The notes beneath the pieces were generated by a model. That model saw only the letters and a list, made by a program, of their open reading frames with translations. It did not search any database and was not told the origin of the DNA. 64,000 nt of DNA, taken from positions 320,001 through 384,000 of the forward strand of contig CAXXSL010000016.1 in the NCBI GenBank assembly GCA_963675525.2. Reading direction: 5' to 3'. The stretch is from Anaerohalosphaeraceae bacterium. Lineage in GTDB: Bacteria > Planctomycetota > Phycisphaerae > Sedimentisphaerales > Anaerohalosphaeraceae. Positions 52,249 to 63,301 of the stretch are shown here, in pieces. The position numbers and the translations under genes were made by a program. How positions within the stretch are numbered: position 1 is the stretch's first letter; every line of letters begins with the position of its first letter.

Positions 52249-53817
52249 ATGGAAAAAGTCAAAATATACGATACGACACTGCGGGACGGGATGCAGGCCG
52301 AAGGCGTCAGTTTTTCCGCTGAGGACAAGCTGCAGATCGCCCAGCATCTGGACGAATTCGGTATAGATTACGTCGAAGGTGGATTTCCACTCAGTAATCC
52401 CAAAGAAGAAGAGTTCTTCGCCCGGATCAAAGAGGTCGATTTTAAACATGCCAAAGTTGCCGCTTTCGGCAGTACCCGCCGGGCCGGCAACACCGTCGAA
52501 AATGACCCCTGTCTCGGTGCATTGATGGCCTGCGGCGCAGAGGTTGTCACGCTGGTCGGAAAAACATGGGACATGCACGTCACGGATGTGCTGCGTTGCA
52601 GCCTCGACGAAAATCTCGAACTTTGCGCAGACTCGGTCGCCTATCTTGTCAAAAATGGGCGGGAAATCGTCTTTGACGCCGAACACTTTTTCGACGGTTT
52701 TAAGGCCAATCCCGAATACGCAATGAAAGTCCTGCAAGCCGCCGCCGACGCCGGGGCGGGCACACTGGTCCTGTGTGAAACCAACGGCGGTGCCCTGCCG
52801 GACGAGGTGTTTGCTATCACCGGGCAGGTCTGCAAGGCGTTTGGACAGGTCATTGTGGGCGTCCATTGCCACAACGATTCGGACTGCGCAGTTGCCAATA
52901 CGCTGGCGGCAGTGCGAGCCGGAGCACGTCACGTCCAGGGAACGATCAACGGACTGGGCGAACGAACGGGTAACGCCAATCTGTGTACCATCATCCCGAA
53001 TCTCTCGTTAAAAATGGGATACGAGACGGTCGGCGCCGATAAGATACAAGCTCTGACAGAATTGTCACGATATGTTTTTGAAGTGGCCAATCTCGCCCCG
53101 AGTCTGAACATGCCCTATGTAGGCGAAAGTGCTTTTGCTCATAAGGGCGGACTGCACATTGACGCGATTCGCAAAAATGAAAAAACCTACGAGCATATCT
53201 CGCCGGAGTTGGTGGGCAATGAACGGCGGTTCCTGATTTCGGAATTGTCCGGGGCCTCGAACGTACTGGACAAGCTCGAAAAGAAAAAAATGATCACGGA
53301 TAAGGCCCTGGCTCGCAAAATTCTGTCGCGCGTTCAACTGATGGAAAACGAAGGCTATCAGTTCGAAACTGCCGAAGCCAGCTTTGACCTGCTCATTAAA
53401 AAAGAAATGGGAACTTATGAGAAGACGTTCGATCTGTTGAAGTACCATATCGATGTGGAACGCAGCCCTTCCGGCCAAATGGTCACCGAAGCAACGGTCA
53501 AACTGCAGGTGGACGGCAAGACCGAACACGTCGTCAGCGAAGGCGACGGCCCGGTCAACGCCCTTGACGGTGCCCTGCGTAAGGCATTAGAGCCATTTTA
53601 TCCGAATATCAGTGATATGAGCCTGATCGACTATAAGGTGCGAGTGGTCAACGCCCGTGCCGGCACCGCCGCGAGGGTACGCGTTATCATCGAAAGCCGC
53701 GATCAGGAGGATATGTGGGGTACGGTCGGGGTCTCGGAAAATATCATCGAAGCAAGCTGGCACGCTCTGGTTGACAGCGTCGAATACAAGCTGCTCAAGG
53801 ACAGAGGGAAAATATAA
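52249..53817 (+). CDS. cimA: Citramalate synthase
   Basis: YDTTLRDG, FDAEHFFDG, HCHND, GERTGNAN, AFAHKGGLH, GYQFE.AEASF, GDGPVNALD, DYKVR, NIIEASW. Confidence 0.92.
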   Translation: MEKVKIYDTTLRDGMQAEGVSFSAEDKLQIAQHLDEFGIDYVEGGFPLSNPKEEEFFARIKEVDFKHAKVAAFGSTRRAGNTVENDPCLGALMACGAEVVTLVGKTWDMHVTDVLRCSLDENLELCADSVAYLVKNGREIVFDAEHFFDGFKANPEYAMKVLQAAADAGAGTLVLCETNGGALPDEVFAITGQVCKAFGQVIVGVHCHNDSDCAVANTLAAVRAGARHVQGTINGLGERTGNANLCTIIPNLSLKMGYETVGADKIQALTELSRYVFEVANLAPSLNMPYVGESAFAHKGGLHIDAIRKNEKTYEHISPELVGNERRFLISELSGASNVLDKLEKKKMITDKALARKILSRVQLMENEGYQFETAEASFDLLIKKEMGTYEKTFDLLKYHIDVERSPSGQMVTEATVKLQVDGKTEHVVSEGDGPVNALDGALRKALEPFYPNISDMSLIDYKVRVVNARAGTAARVRVIIESRDQEDMWGTVGVSENIIEASWHALVDSVEYKLLKDRGKI

Positions 53818-53830
53818 AATATCCCTGTTT

Positions 53831-53855
53831 GTCATTCCCGTGAAGACGGGGATCT
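53831..53855. repeat. GTCA-type REP
   Basis: GTCATTCCCGTGAAGACGGGGATCT. Confidence 0.6.
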
Positions 53856-53873
53856 AATTGTAAATTATACAAA

Positions 53874-53905
53874 AAAAGGATTCAGTCTGGAAGCTGAATC
53901 CTTTT
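53874..53905. terminator. Bidirectional terminator between cimA and the PEP-CTERM gene
   Basis: AAAAGGATTCAG-N7-CTGAATCCTTTT. Confidence 0.75.
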
Positions 53906-53940
53906 GTATTTATGTTTAGAAGGTGTATTGTCAGGACTGT

Positions 53941-54474
53941 TTATTTTTTCCTGCGAAGCAGTGCCAAGCTGCCCAGTCCCAGCAGTGACATTGTCGCCGG
54001 TTCCGGAATAGCAAGCTGCGTCAGGCAAAAACTAAAGTCTCCGGCCACCGGAACATTGACAATAAAAGCCAGGTCCGCTACTCCTCCGACCGGAACCGTC
54101 CCGCCGCTAAAGATCATTTGAGTCGGAGTTACAGAAACATTCGGTAACGCTAAGCTGAAACCGCTGACAAAAGTGGCGTCGCCAGCCAGCGTCAGTGAAT
54201 AAGCCGTCCAGACATGACCATTACCATTCAGAACGTTTTTTGTCATTGACAAATCGGGGTCTTCAGTTGTCAAACCATCAACATACACACTGTCCGGTCC
54301 TACAACAACATATGTTTCTTCTAACCAGACTGATTGTGTTTCCGGTACAAATCCCCACTCGTGAGTCGCATCGAAGTTTGCGTCATCAGGATTTGAACAA
54401 ACAACGCTGACAAATCCTGCTTGTGCGAATGCACAGACACTTAGAATTGCGATTAATAAACTAACCTTCCTCAT
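53941..54474 (-). CDS. PEP-CTERM sorting-domain surface protein
   Basis: Signal peptide MRKVSLLIAILSVCAFAQA; C-terminal IPEPATMSLLGLGSLALLRRKK. Confidence 0.92.
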   Translation of the reverse strand: MRKVSLLIAILSVCAFAQAGFVSVVCSNPDDANFDATHEWGFVPETQSVWLEETYVVVGPDSVYVDGLTTEDPDLSMTKNVLNGNGHVWTAYSLTLAGDATFVSGFSLALPNVSVTPTQMIFSGGTVPVGGVADLAFIVNVPVAGDFSFCLTQLAIPEPATMSLLGLGSLALLRRKK

Positions 54475-54858
54475 CCTACACCTCCGTAAAAAGTAAAAAA
54501 TCACCCATCTTTCCAAGTTTGAGAGGAAGAACTAGACATGTCTCACCTCTCCTCCAGACTCTTTCACACTGCTAATCATACCCTAAAGGTGAGAATTGTC
54601 AAGGTGCTTTTTTATGGAAATCATTAAAAAATTTATAACTTATTAAATACAAAATGGTTATGTGATAAAAAAATTTTCTTTTTGGCATTTTCTATGGTTT
54701 TTCACATGGACATAAATCCGTTTTCACCATTTATATCAAAAAAAGCAGGATAGTTCCAAAAAAGTCCGATTCCAATATAGCCAATATAGGCAAAATCAGT
54801 CATAATAGGTTCCGCTTTAACCGTTGGCCTATAAACCCTACAAAAAGGATCGACCTGA

Positions 54859-56625
54859 ATGCCGAAACTGGACCCAACCACAATGAAGGACTGGCAGATC
54901 GCCGAAGCTGCCGAAGAAAACATGAAACCGCTCTATCAGCTTGCCCGCGACCTGGGCCTGGCCTATGGCGAACTGCTGCCAGTGGGTGAAAAGCTGGCCA
55001 AGCTGGATTATCAAAAGATCATCGAGCGGCTCCGCCATGCTCCGACCGGCCGGTATATTGATGTGACCGCCATCACTCCGACCCCATTCGGCGAAGGAAA
55101 AACCACAACCACCATCGGGCTGGTTCAAGGACTGGGCAAGCTCGGCAAACGGGTCGTCGGGTGCATTCGCCAACCCAGCGGCGGGCCAACCTTTAACATC
55201 AAAGGTTCCGCGGCCGGGGGCGGCCTGTCACAGTGTATCCCCATGGTGCCCTTCTCGATCCGTCTGACCGGTGACGTCGAATGCGTCACCAACGCCCATA
55301 ATCTGGCGATGGTTGCCCTGACGGCACGGATGCAGCACGAGCACAATTACGATGACGAACGGCTTGCCAAAATCGGCCTTCGACGGCTGAATATCGATCC
55401 GGAAAATGTACAGATCAAATGGGCCATTGACTATTGCGCACAGGCGCTGCGAAACATGACCATCGGCAAAGGCGGCAAGATGGACGGGCTGGAAATGGAA
55501 TCCGGCGCCCAGATATCGGTCTCCAGTGAGGTCATGGCGATTCTGGCCGTAGCGAGAAATCTTCGTGATCTCCGTGAACGCATGGCCAAGATCGTTGTCG
55601 CCTATGACAAAGCGGGCAATGAAGTCACCACGGCCGACCTTGAAGTGGACGGCGCGATGACCGCATGGATGGTGGATGCGTTAAACCCCAACCTTGTGCA
55701 GACCATCGAGGGCCAGCCGATATTGGTTCACGCCGGACCGTTCGCCAATATCGCCATTGGCCAAAGCAGTATTATCGCCGATCTGGTCGCTACCAAACTC
55801 AGTGATTTTGTGGTCACCGAAAGCGGTTTTGCCTCCGATATTGGATTCGAAAAATTCTGGAACCTCAAATGCCGCATGTCCGGTCTGAAACCCCACGCCG
55901 TCGTGATCGTCGCAACAATCCGGGCATTGAAGATGCACGGCGGCGGTCCGGAAGTGAAGCCTGGCAAGCCGCTGGCACCGGAATACGCACAGGAAAACCT
56001 GGAACTGCTGGAAAAAGGATGTGAGAATTTGATCGCACACATTGATATTGTTCGCAAATGCGGAATTCGCCCCATTGTTTGCATCAACAAATTCTACACC
56101 GATACCGATGCGGAAGTAAATCTCGTCCGGCGTATTGCAGAGGAATACGGTGCCGAAGCGGCCGCTTCCGACCACTGGCTCAAAGGCGGAGACGGCGCCA
56201 TCGAACTGGCCGAAAAAGTCGCCGCCGTTGCGCAGGAAGAAAAAGAGTTCAAATATCTCTATGACCTGGAAATGCCGCTGAAAGAACGTATCGAAAAGAT
56301 CGCCACGGAAATCTACGGCGCCAAAGGCGTTACCTATACGGAAAAAGCACTGAAAAAGATCAACCAGATCGACAGCGACCCGCACATGCGTCAACTGGGT
56401 ACCTGTATGGTCAAAACGCATCTGAGCCTCTCGCATGACCCGAACCTCAAAGGCCGCCCCACCGGATGGGAACTGCCGATCCGCGACGTGATGGTCTATG
56501 AAGGCGCCGGTTACGTCGTCCCCATCGCTGGCGATATCAAACTCATGCCCGGCACCGGTTCCGACCCGGCCTATCGCCGAATCGATGTTGATATTAAAAC
56601 CGGCAAGGTCACCGGAATGTTCTGA
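54859..56625 (+). CDS. fhs: Formate--tetrahydrofolate ligase
   Basis: [59 protein letters not shown]. Confidence 0.96.
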   Translation: MPKLDPTTMKDWQIAEAAEENMKPLYQLARDLGLAYGELLPVGEKLAKLDYQKIIERLRHAPTGRYIDVTAITPTPFGEGKTTTTIGLVQGLGKLGKRVVGCIRQPSGGPTFNIKGSAAGGGLSQCIPMVPFSIRLTGDVECVTNAHNLAMVALTARMQHEHNYDDERLAKIGLRRLNIDPENVQIKWAIDYCAQALRNMTIGKGGKMDGLEMESGAQISVSSEVMAILAVARNLRDLRERMAKIVVAYDKAGNEVTTADLEVDGAMTAWMVDALNPNLVQTIEGQPILVHAGPFANIAIGQSSIIADLVATKLSDFVVTESGFASDIGFEKFWNLKCRMSGLKPHAVVIVATIRALKMHGGGPEVKPGKPLAPEYAQENLELLEKGCENLIAHIDIVRKCGIRPIVCINKFYTDTDAEVNLVRRIAEEYGAEAAASDHWLKGGDGAIELAEKVAAVAQEEKEFKYLYDLEMPLKERIEKIATEIYGAKGVTYTEKALKKINQIDSDPHMRQLGTCMVKTHLSLSHDPNLKGRPTGWELPIRDVMVYEGAGYVVPIAGDIKLMPGTGSDPAYRRIDVDIKTGKVTGMF

Positions 56626-56699
56626 TTTCTCTTGTTAAGTCAGAGCAAATCTCTAAAATGGGTGGCTCAAGTAAACCTTAAAACGGGAGAACCAAGCGA

Positions 56700-57584
56700 A
56701 TGACTGCGCAAATTATTGATGGTAAACAGGTTGCCGCGGAAATGCGGGCCGAATTGAAGGCAAACGTCGCCGCGTTAAAGGCCAAAGGCGTCACGCCCGG
56801 CCTGGCGGTGGTGCTGGTCGGAGAAGACCCGGCTTCCAAATCGTATGTGACCGCCAAGGAAAAGGCCTGTGAGGAAATCGGCATCTACAGCGATGACAAC
56901 CGCCTGCCCGCCGATACCAGCGAAAAAGACCTGCTGGCACTGGTCGCCAAGCTCAATAAAGACCCAAAGATCAACGGTATCCTCGTGCAGTTACCGCTGC
57001 CCAAACATATTGATGAAGATAAGGTGCTGCTGGCGATCGACCCGGCCAAGGACGTCGACGGCTTCCACCCGGTCAACGTCGGCAAGATGGTCGTCGGACA
57101 GGATGCGTTTTTGCCCTGTACGCCGCACGGTGTCATCCAGTTGCTGATTCGCAGTGGTGTCAAACTGGAAGGGGCCGAGGTGGTCGTGGTCGGCCGGAGT
57201 AACATCGTCGGCAAACCCGTCGCCAACATGCTCATCCAGAAGGCCCCTACCGGCAACGCCACCGTTACCGTGTGCCATACACGATCAAAGCATACTGCCG
57301 AACACTGCAAACGCGCCGACATCATCATCGCCGCGGCGGGTCGGCCAAACACCGTGACTGCGGATATGGTCAAAGACGGCGCGGTCATCATCGACGTGGG
57401 TGTCAACCGTGTCGAAGACGCAACCAAGAAACGTGGATACCGCCTGATCGGTGATGTGGATTTTGAGGCAATTAAGGAAAAGGCCAGTCTGATCACGCCC
57501 GTTCCCGGCGGCGTCGGGCCGATGACGATCACAATGCTGCTGTACAACACGGTTCAATCGGCGGAAAAAACACTGAAAGGATAA
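56700..57584 (+). CDS. folD: Methylene-THF dehydrogenase/cyclohydrolase
   Basis: GILVQLPLP, KDVDGFHP, PCTP.G, GRSNIVGKP, IDVG.NR, TPVPGGVGPMT. Confidence 0.97.
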   Translation: MTAQIIDGKQVAAEMRAELKANVAALKAKGVTPGLAVVLVGEDPASKSYVTAKEKACEEIGIYSDDNRLPADTSEKDLLALVAKLNKDPKINGILVQLPLPKHIDEDKVLLAIDPAKDVDGFHPVNVGKMVVGQDAFLPCTPHGVIQLLIRSGVKLEGAEVVVVGRSNIVGKPVANMLIQKAPTGNATVTVCHTRSKHTAEHCKRADIIIAAAGRPNTVTADMVKDGAVIIDVGVNRVEDATKKRGYRLIGDVDFEAIKEKASLITPVPGGVGPMTITMLLYNTVQSAEKTLKG

Positions 57585-57628
57585 GATGACTACTAAAAAA
57601 GTCCGGGCAAAAAAACACGCGGGCTTTT

Positions 57629-58252
57629 TTAAGGTTCCTGCTTTATAATATTCCGCAAGGGCGAATCACTACCGATCACTTCGTTATCTTCCGGTGACGT
57701 TTCCTCACCCAGCGTCAGCAAATGATCGATCGCCTTTTCGGAATTGCCGTCGAAGCAATGCAGGGAGTACCACCCCAGGAAATTACAGACCTTCTGAACA
57801 CCGGGCACCGACAATTTTTCCATATTGTCCCGGGTAGACAGCCAGTCCACCTGTCCGCGTGTCGAATAGGGGGTCACGCAAAAAATTAAAACAAGCAGGC
57901 AACAAATGATATAACCGCAGAGAAAGCCGATTATCGCCGAACCGACTTTATTCAGGATTCTGGGGAAATACTCATCACGATCCTGCAGGATACAAAAACA
58001 GGCAAACACCTGAAGCGCCCCGAAGACAAGAATGAATAATAAAAATACCATCGCCGCAGCGTAATAGCCCGAAGTTTCATAACCCGAACTGAAATGCATC
58101 AGCTTCTGCGTCGAAAGAACGGAAATGAAAATCGCGAACATAAGATTGAAAAGGGTTGCGAACATCACGAAAAAACCCTTTTTAATCCCCAACCAGGTAA
58201 ATAATAAACTGATAATAATCATAACCCACAGCAACATGCCATTATCCCTCAT
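57629..58252 (-). CDS. CvpA-family membrane protein
   Basis: G.KKGF pattern, four TM helices, coupled to the GspE-like gene. Confidence 0.65.
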   Translation of the reverse strand: MRDNGMLLWVMIIISLLFTWLGIKKGFFVMFATLFNLMFAIFISVLSTQKLMHFSSGYETSGYYAAAMVFLLFILVFGALQVFACFCILQDRDEYFPRILNKVGSAIIGFLCGYIICCLLVLIFCVTPYSTRGQVDWLSTRDNMEKLSVPGVQKVCNFLGWYSLHCFDGNSEKAIDHLLTLGEETSPEDNEVIGSDSPLRNIIKQEP

Positions 58253-59864
58253 TCACCGTTAGTCGTTTCACTTCACTGAGCGTTGTCACCCCTTCCAGCA
58301 CCTTATTCATTCCCTCCTTGCGAAGTGATGAGTTAAAGTGTTTTTCGCCCTGTTTCTTCATATCGCCCGGCATAAACTGGTTATTGCACAGTAAGGTACG
58401 AAGATGGTCATTCATATACATCACATCAAGAATCGCCATCCGTCCGTAATACCCTGTCCCGCCGCAGTGGCCGCAGCCGTGCGCCTGAAGGATCTGTTTT
58501 TTGTCGACACTGTTTTTCAGGCAGTAGTCAATCTGGCTTTGAGTCAATTCCGCCGGGCCCTTACAATATTGGCACAAACAGCGTATCAGACGCTGAGAGA
58601 TGACGACCGAAACCGCAGACGAGATCAACAACGGCTTGACACCGAGATCGATCAAGCGCACCAGAGCCGACATATTGCTGTTGGCATGAAGCGTCGCCAA
58701 GACCAAATGTCCCGTCTGAGATGCCTGTATCGCCATCTGAGCTGTTTCAGTATCCCGAATCTCGCCGATGCAAATGACATCCGGATCCTGACGCAGAATA
58801 CTGCGAAGCGCTGTCGCAAAGGTCACCTCGGCTCGCGTATTGACTTCGATCTGGCTGATATGCGGCATAATATGTTCAATGGGATCTTCAATTGTGATCA
58901 CATTTCGCTGCTGGAAATCAATGGTTTGCAGCATACCGTAGAGTGTCGTCGATTTTCCGCTTCCGGTCGGTCCGCACACCAGGATCATTCCCTGTGGCTG
59001 CTGAACGATTTTTTTCAGCATTTTGGCCTGCTCGGGGGAAAAACCGATCTGCGATAGGGTCAAGAGGCCCCGTGTCTGATCCATAACACGAATCGCCAGT
59101 TTTTCTCCGCCCAGCACACCGGAAGTCGCCATACGAAAATACACGTCGCCATCTTGGAGTTTTGCCATAAATGCACCGTCCTGAGGACGGCGCTTTTCGG
59201 CAATGTCCATACCGGCAATCGCTTTCAGGCTGTTAATCATGGCATTACATTCGTGCCTTTCCAGCACATTAAACAGCCGTAAAAAACCGTCTACACGAAA
59301 ACGAATGGTGTATTCCGAGTCACTCTTGGGGTCGATCAGGATGTCACTGGCTCGACCGTTGATTCCTTTCAGAATCATTGCTTCGGTTCGCTCCTGAATG
59401 TTCCGATCTGCCCCATCTCCTCGAAGTTCTTTAACATAAACCGCATCAAAAGAACGCCCTGATGTGTCCAGCAATTCAATGGTTCGTTCGCGATGTCCTA
59501 TCGATTTCTTACGAACCGGCTTTTCAAGGATGCAATTGAGCGTATAGGCGGGGATCTCAGACAATGTCAATTCGCCGTCCTGTAATTTTTGAACGGTTGC
59601 GGCAACAAAAAGAACAAACAAATGAAGCGGCCCTGCAACCAATGCCGTGATGTTAAAGAGATAGCGGTATTTGTCCTTCACCAAGGGACTGTTGTCCGAC
59701 CGTTTCACCGAATACAGACACAGATAAAACCATACGATGAAAAAAGCCGTCTTCAGGGGGTGATAAGGAAGCGCAGGGTCTCCAGCCACCTCCAGCATTG
59801 CTCCTCCAAGGATTCCTTTACCGAACATAATGCCTGAAAAACCAAAGCTCGTAAACATATCCAT
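58242..59864 (-). CDS. GspE/PulE/PilB-type secretion ATPase with N-terminal TM segments
   Basis: ASDI.I.P, EKRRPQDG, GPTGSGKSTTLY, TIEDPIE, LRQDPD, GEIRD, QTGH, CQYC...CGHC. Confidence 0.9.
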   Translation of the reverse strand: MDMFTSFGFSGIMFGKGILGGAMLEVAGDPALPYHPLKTAFFIVWFYLCLYSVKRSDNSPLVKDKYRYLFNITALVAGPLHLFVLFVAATVQKLQDGELTLSEIPAYTLNCILEKPVRKKSIGHRERTIELLDTSGRSFDAVYVKELRGDGADRNIQERTEAMILKGINGRASDILIDPKSDSEYTIRFRVDGFLRLFNVLERHECNAMINSLKAIAGMDIAEKRRPQDGAFMAKLQDGDVYFRMATSGVLGGEKLAIRVMDQTRGLLTLSQIGFSPEQAKMLKKIVQQPQGMILVCGPTGSGKSTTLYGMLQTIDFQQRNVITIEDPIEHIMPHISQIEVNTRAEVTFATALRSILRQDPDVICIGEIRDTETAQMAIQASQTGHLVLATLHANSNMSALVRLIDLGVKPLLISSAVSVVISQRLIRCLCQYCKGPAELTQSQIDYCLKNSVDKKQILQAHGCGHCGGTGYYGRMAILDVMYMNDHLRTLLCNNQFMPGDMKKQGEKHFNSSLRKEGMNKVLEGVTTLSEVKRLTVNEG

Positions 59865-60016
59865 TTCCTTCTATCCATAATAAGAATACCGGATATGATA
59901 CAGGAAAAAATGGCTTCTGCAACCAAGATTTTTAGACTTTTGAGATGACGTTGACGAAAGGGATAACAAAACGCACTTTGGGGGGAGCAACTCCGGTAAA
60001 TGCTGTTTTCTATGGC

Positions 60017-60688
60017 TTACGGAGCTTTTGCATGACTTTCCGCAGACACCAAAAAGCGTTGGATAGCCTCACGCAGTCCACTGCTGATCGCGGCAACGCG
60101 TGACAACTCTTCGGCTGTCAGCGGATGGCCGGCATGCCGATAGACAAAAATGAATCCGAGCCCCTGTCCGAATCGCCCTAACGGCACAGCCGCGGCGGAA
60201 AGCGTCTTCATGATCGCCGGCGGCCCCTGCAATCCCATTCGAAGCATCTGTTCCAGCGAGCAGACGCGGTTGCTCTGGCTGATATGATCCACTAACCGAC
60301 GCGTAAACCACTCCTGAAAGTGTGTTACTTCGATATGATCGGAAAGGCCCGCATCGGCCAGTTGGACATTAAACCCATTGTCCTCCAATAAAAAGATCGC
60401 CACTGAAGCCCCTTCGATATTCCCCCGAATGCTCTGGACCGCAATGTCTAAAATCTGTTCGCAGTCATAGCCAGATAGCAACGCCTCATAAAGCGAAACC
60501 ACAAAATTCAGGCTGGCCAGTTTCATGGAAAATTCACGATGGGCCGAAACCATGTCATTGCACAATATGTCGATTTGCCGGGCCTGTTTGTCATGGCGTG
60601 AACGCAAAGCACGAATCACCTCTAATGCCCGTTTATGATTTCTTATCGCCAAGTTTGTACCCTCATCTAACCATGTATAAATTCTCAT
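60017..60688 (-). CDS. Hypothetical protein, coiled coil plus GAF-like domain
   Basis: AAVPL...GFIFVYR...LTAEE pattern. Confidence 0.6.
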   Translation of the reverse strand: MRIYTWLDEGTNLAIRNHKRALEVIRALRSRHDKQARQIDILCNDMVSAHREFSMKLASLNFVVSLYEALLSGYDCEQILDIAVQSIRGNIEGASVAIFLLEDNGFNVQLADAGLSDHIEVTHFQEWFTRRLVDHISQSNRVCSLEQMLRMGLQGPPAIMKTLSAAAVPLGRFGQGLGFIFVYRHAGHPLTAEELSRVAAISSGLREAIQRFLVSAESHAKAP

Positions 60689-60830
60689 TGATTCCGGCTG
60701 TTATGTCGGCGTTTTCAGATTACGCCTTAACTGCCCTTTAATGAGAATTCGCAACGACCAGACTCATACTTATCGGGCCTTGGTACACCCTTAAACACCC
60801 CCCTTTTCAGTGTTGATATAGGGTTTAAGG

Positions 60831-61943
60831 TCAGGGAGCTGAATATTCCCTGATCCCGGGAGGAATTGAATTGTCCAGAATTAATTCTTTTAAGGGTTGC
60901 CTGCGGATCTTAATTGAAGCCGGCGGGGTTATCGGAGCAACCTTTACCCCCAAAACATCCTTTTTCTCGGGCTGAGTTCGAAGGGGTTTGGTTCGGACCG
61001 CCTCTTGTTTTTTATAACGTCCAAGGGTTGAATATTCCAGAAAATGACCGTTCGCCCACTCGGTTTGCTGACTGTCTCCCCGACCTCTCATCACCGCAAA
61101 CGAATACCCGGCTGTCATTAAACAGTCAAGACTTTTAAATCCCCGCTCCCGATAAGCCACATCATAAAAGACCCATCCCGCGTCCGGGAAATACACTTCG
61201 ATAACCGTAAATCCGCCGTTCCCTTCAATGTATTTACAATCAACCACATCGCAGGGAATTTGCAGTTTCCTCAGCATCGCACAGGCCAGGCGTGATTGAC
61301 TGACGCTATTTCCTTTGCGGTTCGTTAATATCTCATCAGAACCGACACTTTTGCCGCGTTCATACGTGATCAAATCATTAATCCAATCGCAGACCCGTTC
61401 GACGGTATCTTCTGCGGATTTGCTTTTTTTTCTGATCTCCGTACAAATCGTATCAAGACGGTCATTGTTAAGGTTAATCTTCTCATCCTCATCGTTTCCA
61501 AGGTACTCTTTAAACCGCTCCAGCACCTCAGGCGGATAAGGACATACGGCCTTCGTACACAGTTTGTTTCGACAGATCAGGTCGATCGTCAGATGTTCCT
61601 GAACACGAACGACCCCCACGGACGCCTTATTCCATATCAGCCTATAAAATTTTCGAGGCCGAGTGCTGTAATCCTTGGACTCGATTGTAACGCTATCGGG
61701 AGCAACGGAATACTCCAATTCTGAATTGATGATGATCTGTTCGTTGGTGGCACCGTAAAAACTCATCATCGCCGGAATATACGCCGCGTTCCATTTATCT
61801 ATCGATAACGCAATATCATAAGTACGTTCCGCTTTTACACGGCGTTTGCAGACCGGGGGTTGAAAAGAATACGTTGCGCCATCACTTATCAGACTGACAA
61901 GCAAGACGAACAAAACCGTGCCGTTTTTAAAAGACCGGCCCAT
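60831..61943 (-). CDS. Exported transglutaminase-like domain protein (catalytic residues degenerate)
   Basis: WI...ITY, GNSVSQSRLACAMLRKLQIP, FTVIEVYFPDAGWVFYD. Confidence 0.75.
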   Translation of the reverse strand: MGRSFKNGTVLFVLLVSLISDGATYSFQPPVCKRRVKAERTYDIALSIDKWNAAYIPAMMSFYGATNEQIIINSELEYSVAPDSVTIESKDYSTRPRKFYRLIWNKASVGVVRVQEHLTIDLICRNKLCTKAVCPYPPEVLERFKEYLGNDEDEKINLNNDRLDTICTEIRKKSKSAEDTVERVCDWINDLITYERGKSVGSDEILTNRKGNSVSQSRLACAMLRKLQIPCDVVDCKYIEGNGGFTVIEVYFPDAGWVFYDVAYRERGFKSLDCLMTAGYSFAVMRGRGDSQQTEWANGHFLEYSTLGRYKKQEAVRTKPLRTQPEKKDVLGVKVAPITPPASIKIRRQPLKELILDNSIPPGIREYSAP

Positions 61944-62053
61944 GGAAACCTCCTTAACACTAAAACAACTCGAAGCTTTGTTTTTTGAGCTTACTAACCT
62001 CCAACTTAAAATGACGCCCTATCATCTCAAAACAACTCCGTAAGGACGGATTT

Positions 62054-62548
62054 TTAATCTTCAAAATCGGCCTGCAGTATCTGCCCCATCTGGGACGAGA
62101 GACTCTCGATCTGGTCTTCGGTCAGGTGCGGATTGATAACCTCGGCGGTGCGGTCCTGCGCCGTCACTTTCAGCGTCCAGATTTCCCTGTTATCCTCAAT
62201 CCGGCAGGCATCATATTTGAGTTTGCGTTTTCGCATCAGGATCAGTGTCAAAACGAAACGGAAGTTCACCTTGTCCGCATCGGTCTCCTCAGCCAGCCGG
62301 TCGAAAAACGCCATCAGCATCTCATCATTGATAAAGATTTTCTTTTTCTGTTCCGGGTTCGGCATTTTGGTCTTCCAGAAGCAATACACTGCCGGCTTGT
62401 GCTCATTCCAGTAATCTATGCTGAAGTCGGTTCGCACTAACCCTTCGTCGGTATCGACCAACGCCGCAAAATACTCCTCGTCAATCTCAAATGCTCGATC
62501 CGTCCCGGAGCATTGCCCAAGCGTCTTTTTAATTTCCCAGTCTGCCAT
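62054..62548 (-). CDS. Conserved hypothetical protein
   Basis: 164 aa; RFVLTLILMRKRKL motif; in operon context. Confidence 0.7.
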   Translation of the reverse strand: MADWEIKKTLGQCSGTDRAFEIDEEYFAALVDTDEGLVRTDFSIDYWNEHKPAVYCFWKTKMPNPEQKKKIFINDEMLMAFFDRLAEETDADKVNFRFVLTLILMRKRKLKYDACRIEDNREIWTLKVTAQDRTAEVINPHLTEDQIESLSSQMGQILQADFED

Positions 62549-62648
62549 AATATTTTTGTTTTTCCTCTATCCTATTTGGGCTCTTGTCTTATATAAAAGA
62601 ATGATAAGAAGCTTTTTTTTCTGTTCCGAGAGCAAAAACCCCAGAGGC

Positions 62649-62894
62649 CTATTTTGCTCTCTCTACAAATTCAAGATCTTCATCAAATATTCTTTCTTTA
62701 TCAGGGCTTTCCACTATACTACTCTTAGCATTGCCTTCCCAATCAACCAAAAGCATTACCCCACCCTCTGGGACATCATAATCCTCAGCATTTTCAGTAT
62801 TGGGTACTAAAATAAATTCCACTATTCCTCGTCTTAAACCCCACAATACGAGATCCCCTTTTCTAACTTCTTCGCCTGTATGATAAAAAAACAT
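62649..62894 (-). CDS. Small AT-rich hypothetical protein
   Basis: FYHTGEEVRKGDLV...GGVMLL...EDLEFVER; low GC. Confidence 0.55.
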   Translation of the reverse strand: MFFYHTGEEVRKGDLVLWGLRRGIVEFILVPNTENAEDYDVPEGGVMLLVDWEGNAKSSIVESPDKERIFDEDLEFVERAK

Positions 62895-62904
62895 AGCTTC
62901 TCTT

Positions 62905-63285
62905 TTAATATTCCTCTTCAAATATCAACCACGGCTCCAGTTTCTCGGCGGTTTTGGGCCCAATGCCGCGGATGACCTGCAGGTCGTCGGCCGACTCGAA
63001 TACGATCTCGAATTTGGCATTTACCTGTCGGTAGTGGATAATATCCAGCGCCCGTGCCTTGCCGATGCCCGGCAAGCGAACCAGACTGGCCGCCGGAGCC
63101 GTATTGGGATTGATCCGTTCGGGGGCAGCGGCACACAAAGGTAGATGAAAAACAACCCTCGCATTGGCGGCAATCCCTGCCAGCACGATCAACGCCACAC
63201 ATGCGGCAAAACGATACGTCCCCGTCCACAGCAGCCATTGGCTTTGCTTGGGGTCATTCGGAAAAGCGGTCTGCCGCTGATTCAT
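62905..63285 (-). CDS. ComEA-like helix-hairpin-helix DNA-binding protein
   Basis: INPNTA, LPGIGKARA..II.YR, IRGIGPKT. Confidence 0.85.
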   Translation of the reverse strand: MNQRQTAFPNDPKQSQWLLWTGTYRFAACVALIVLAGIAANARVVFHLPLCAAAPERINPNTAPAASLVRLPGIGKARALDIIHYRQVNAKFEIVFESADDLQVIRGIGPKTAEKLEPWLIFEEEY

Positions 63286-63301
63286 GATTCACAACATCCA
63301 T

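Noticed and set aside
54520..54858. ZTP or THF riboswitch before fhs-folD
   Set aside because: AT-rich promoter-like DNA without the conserved GC-rich motifs.
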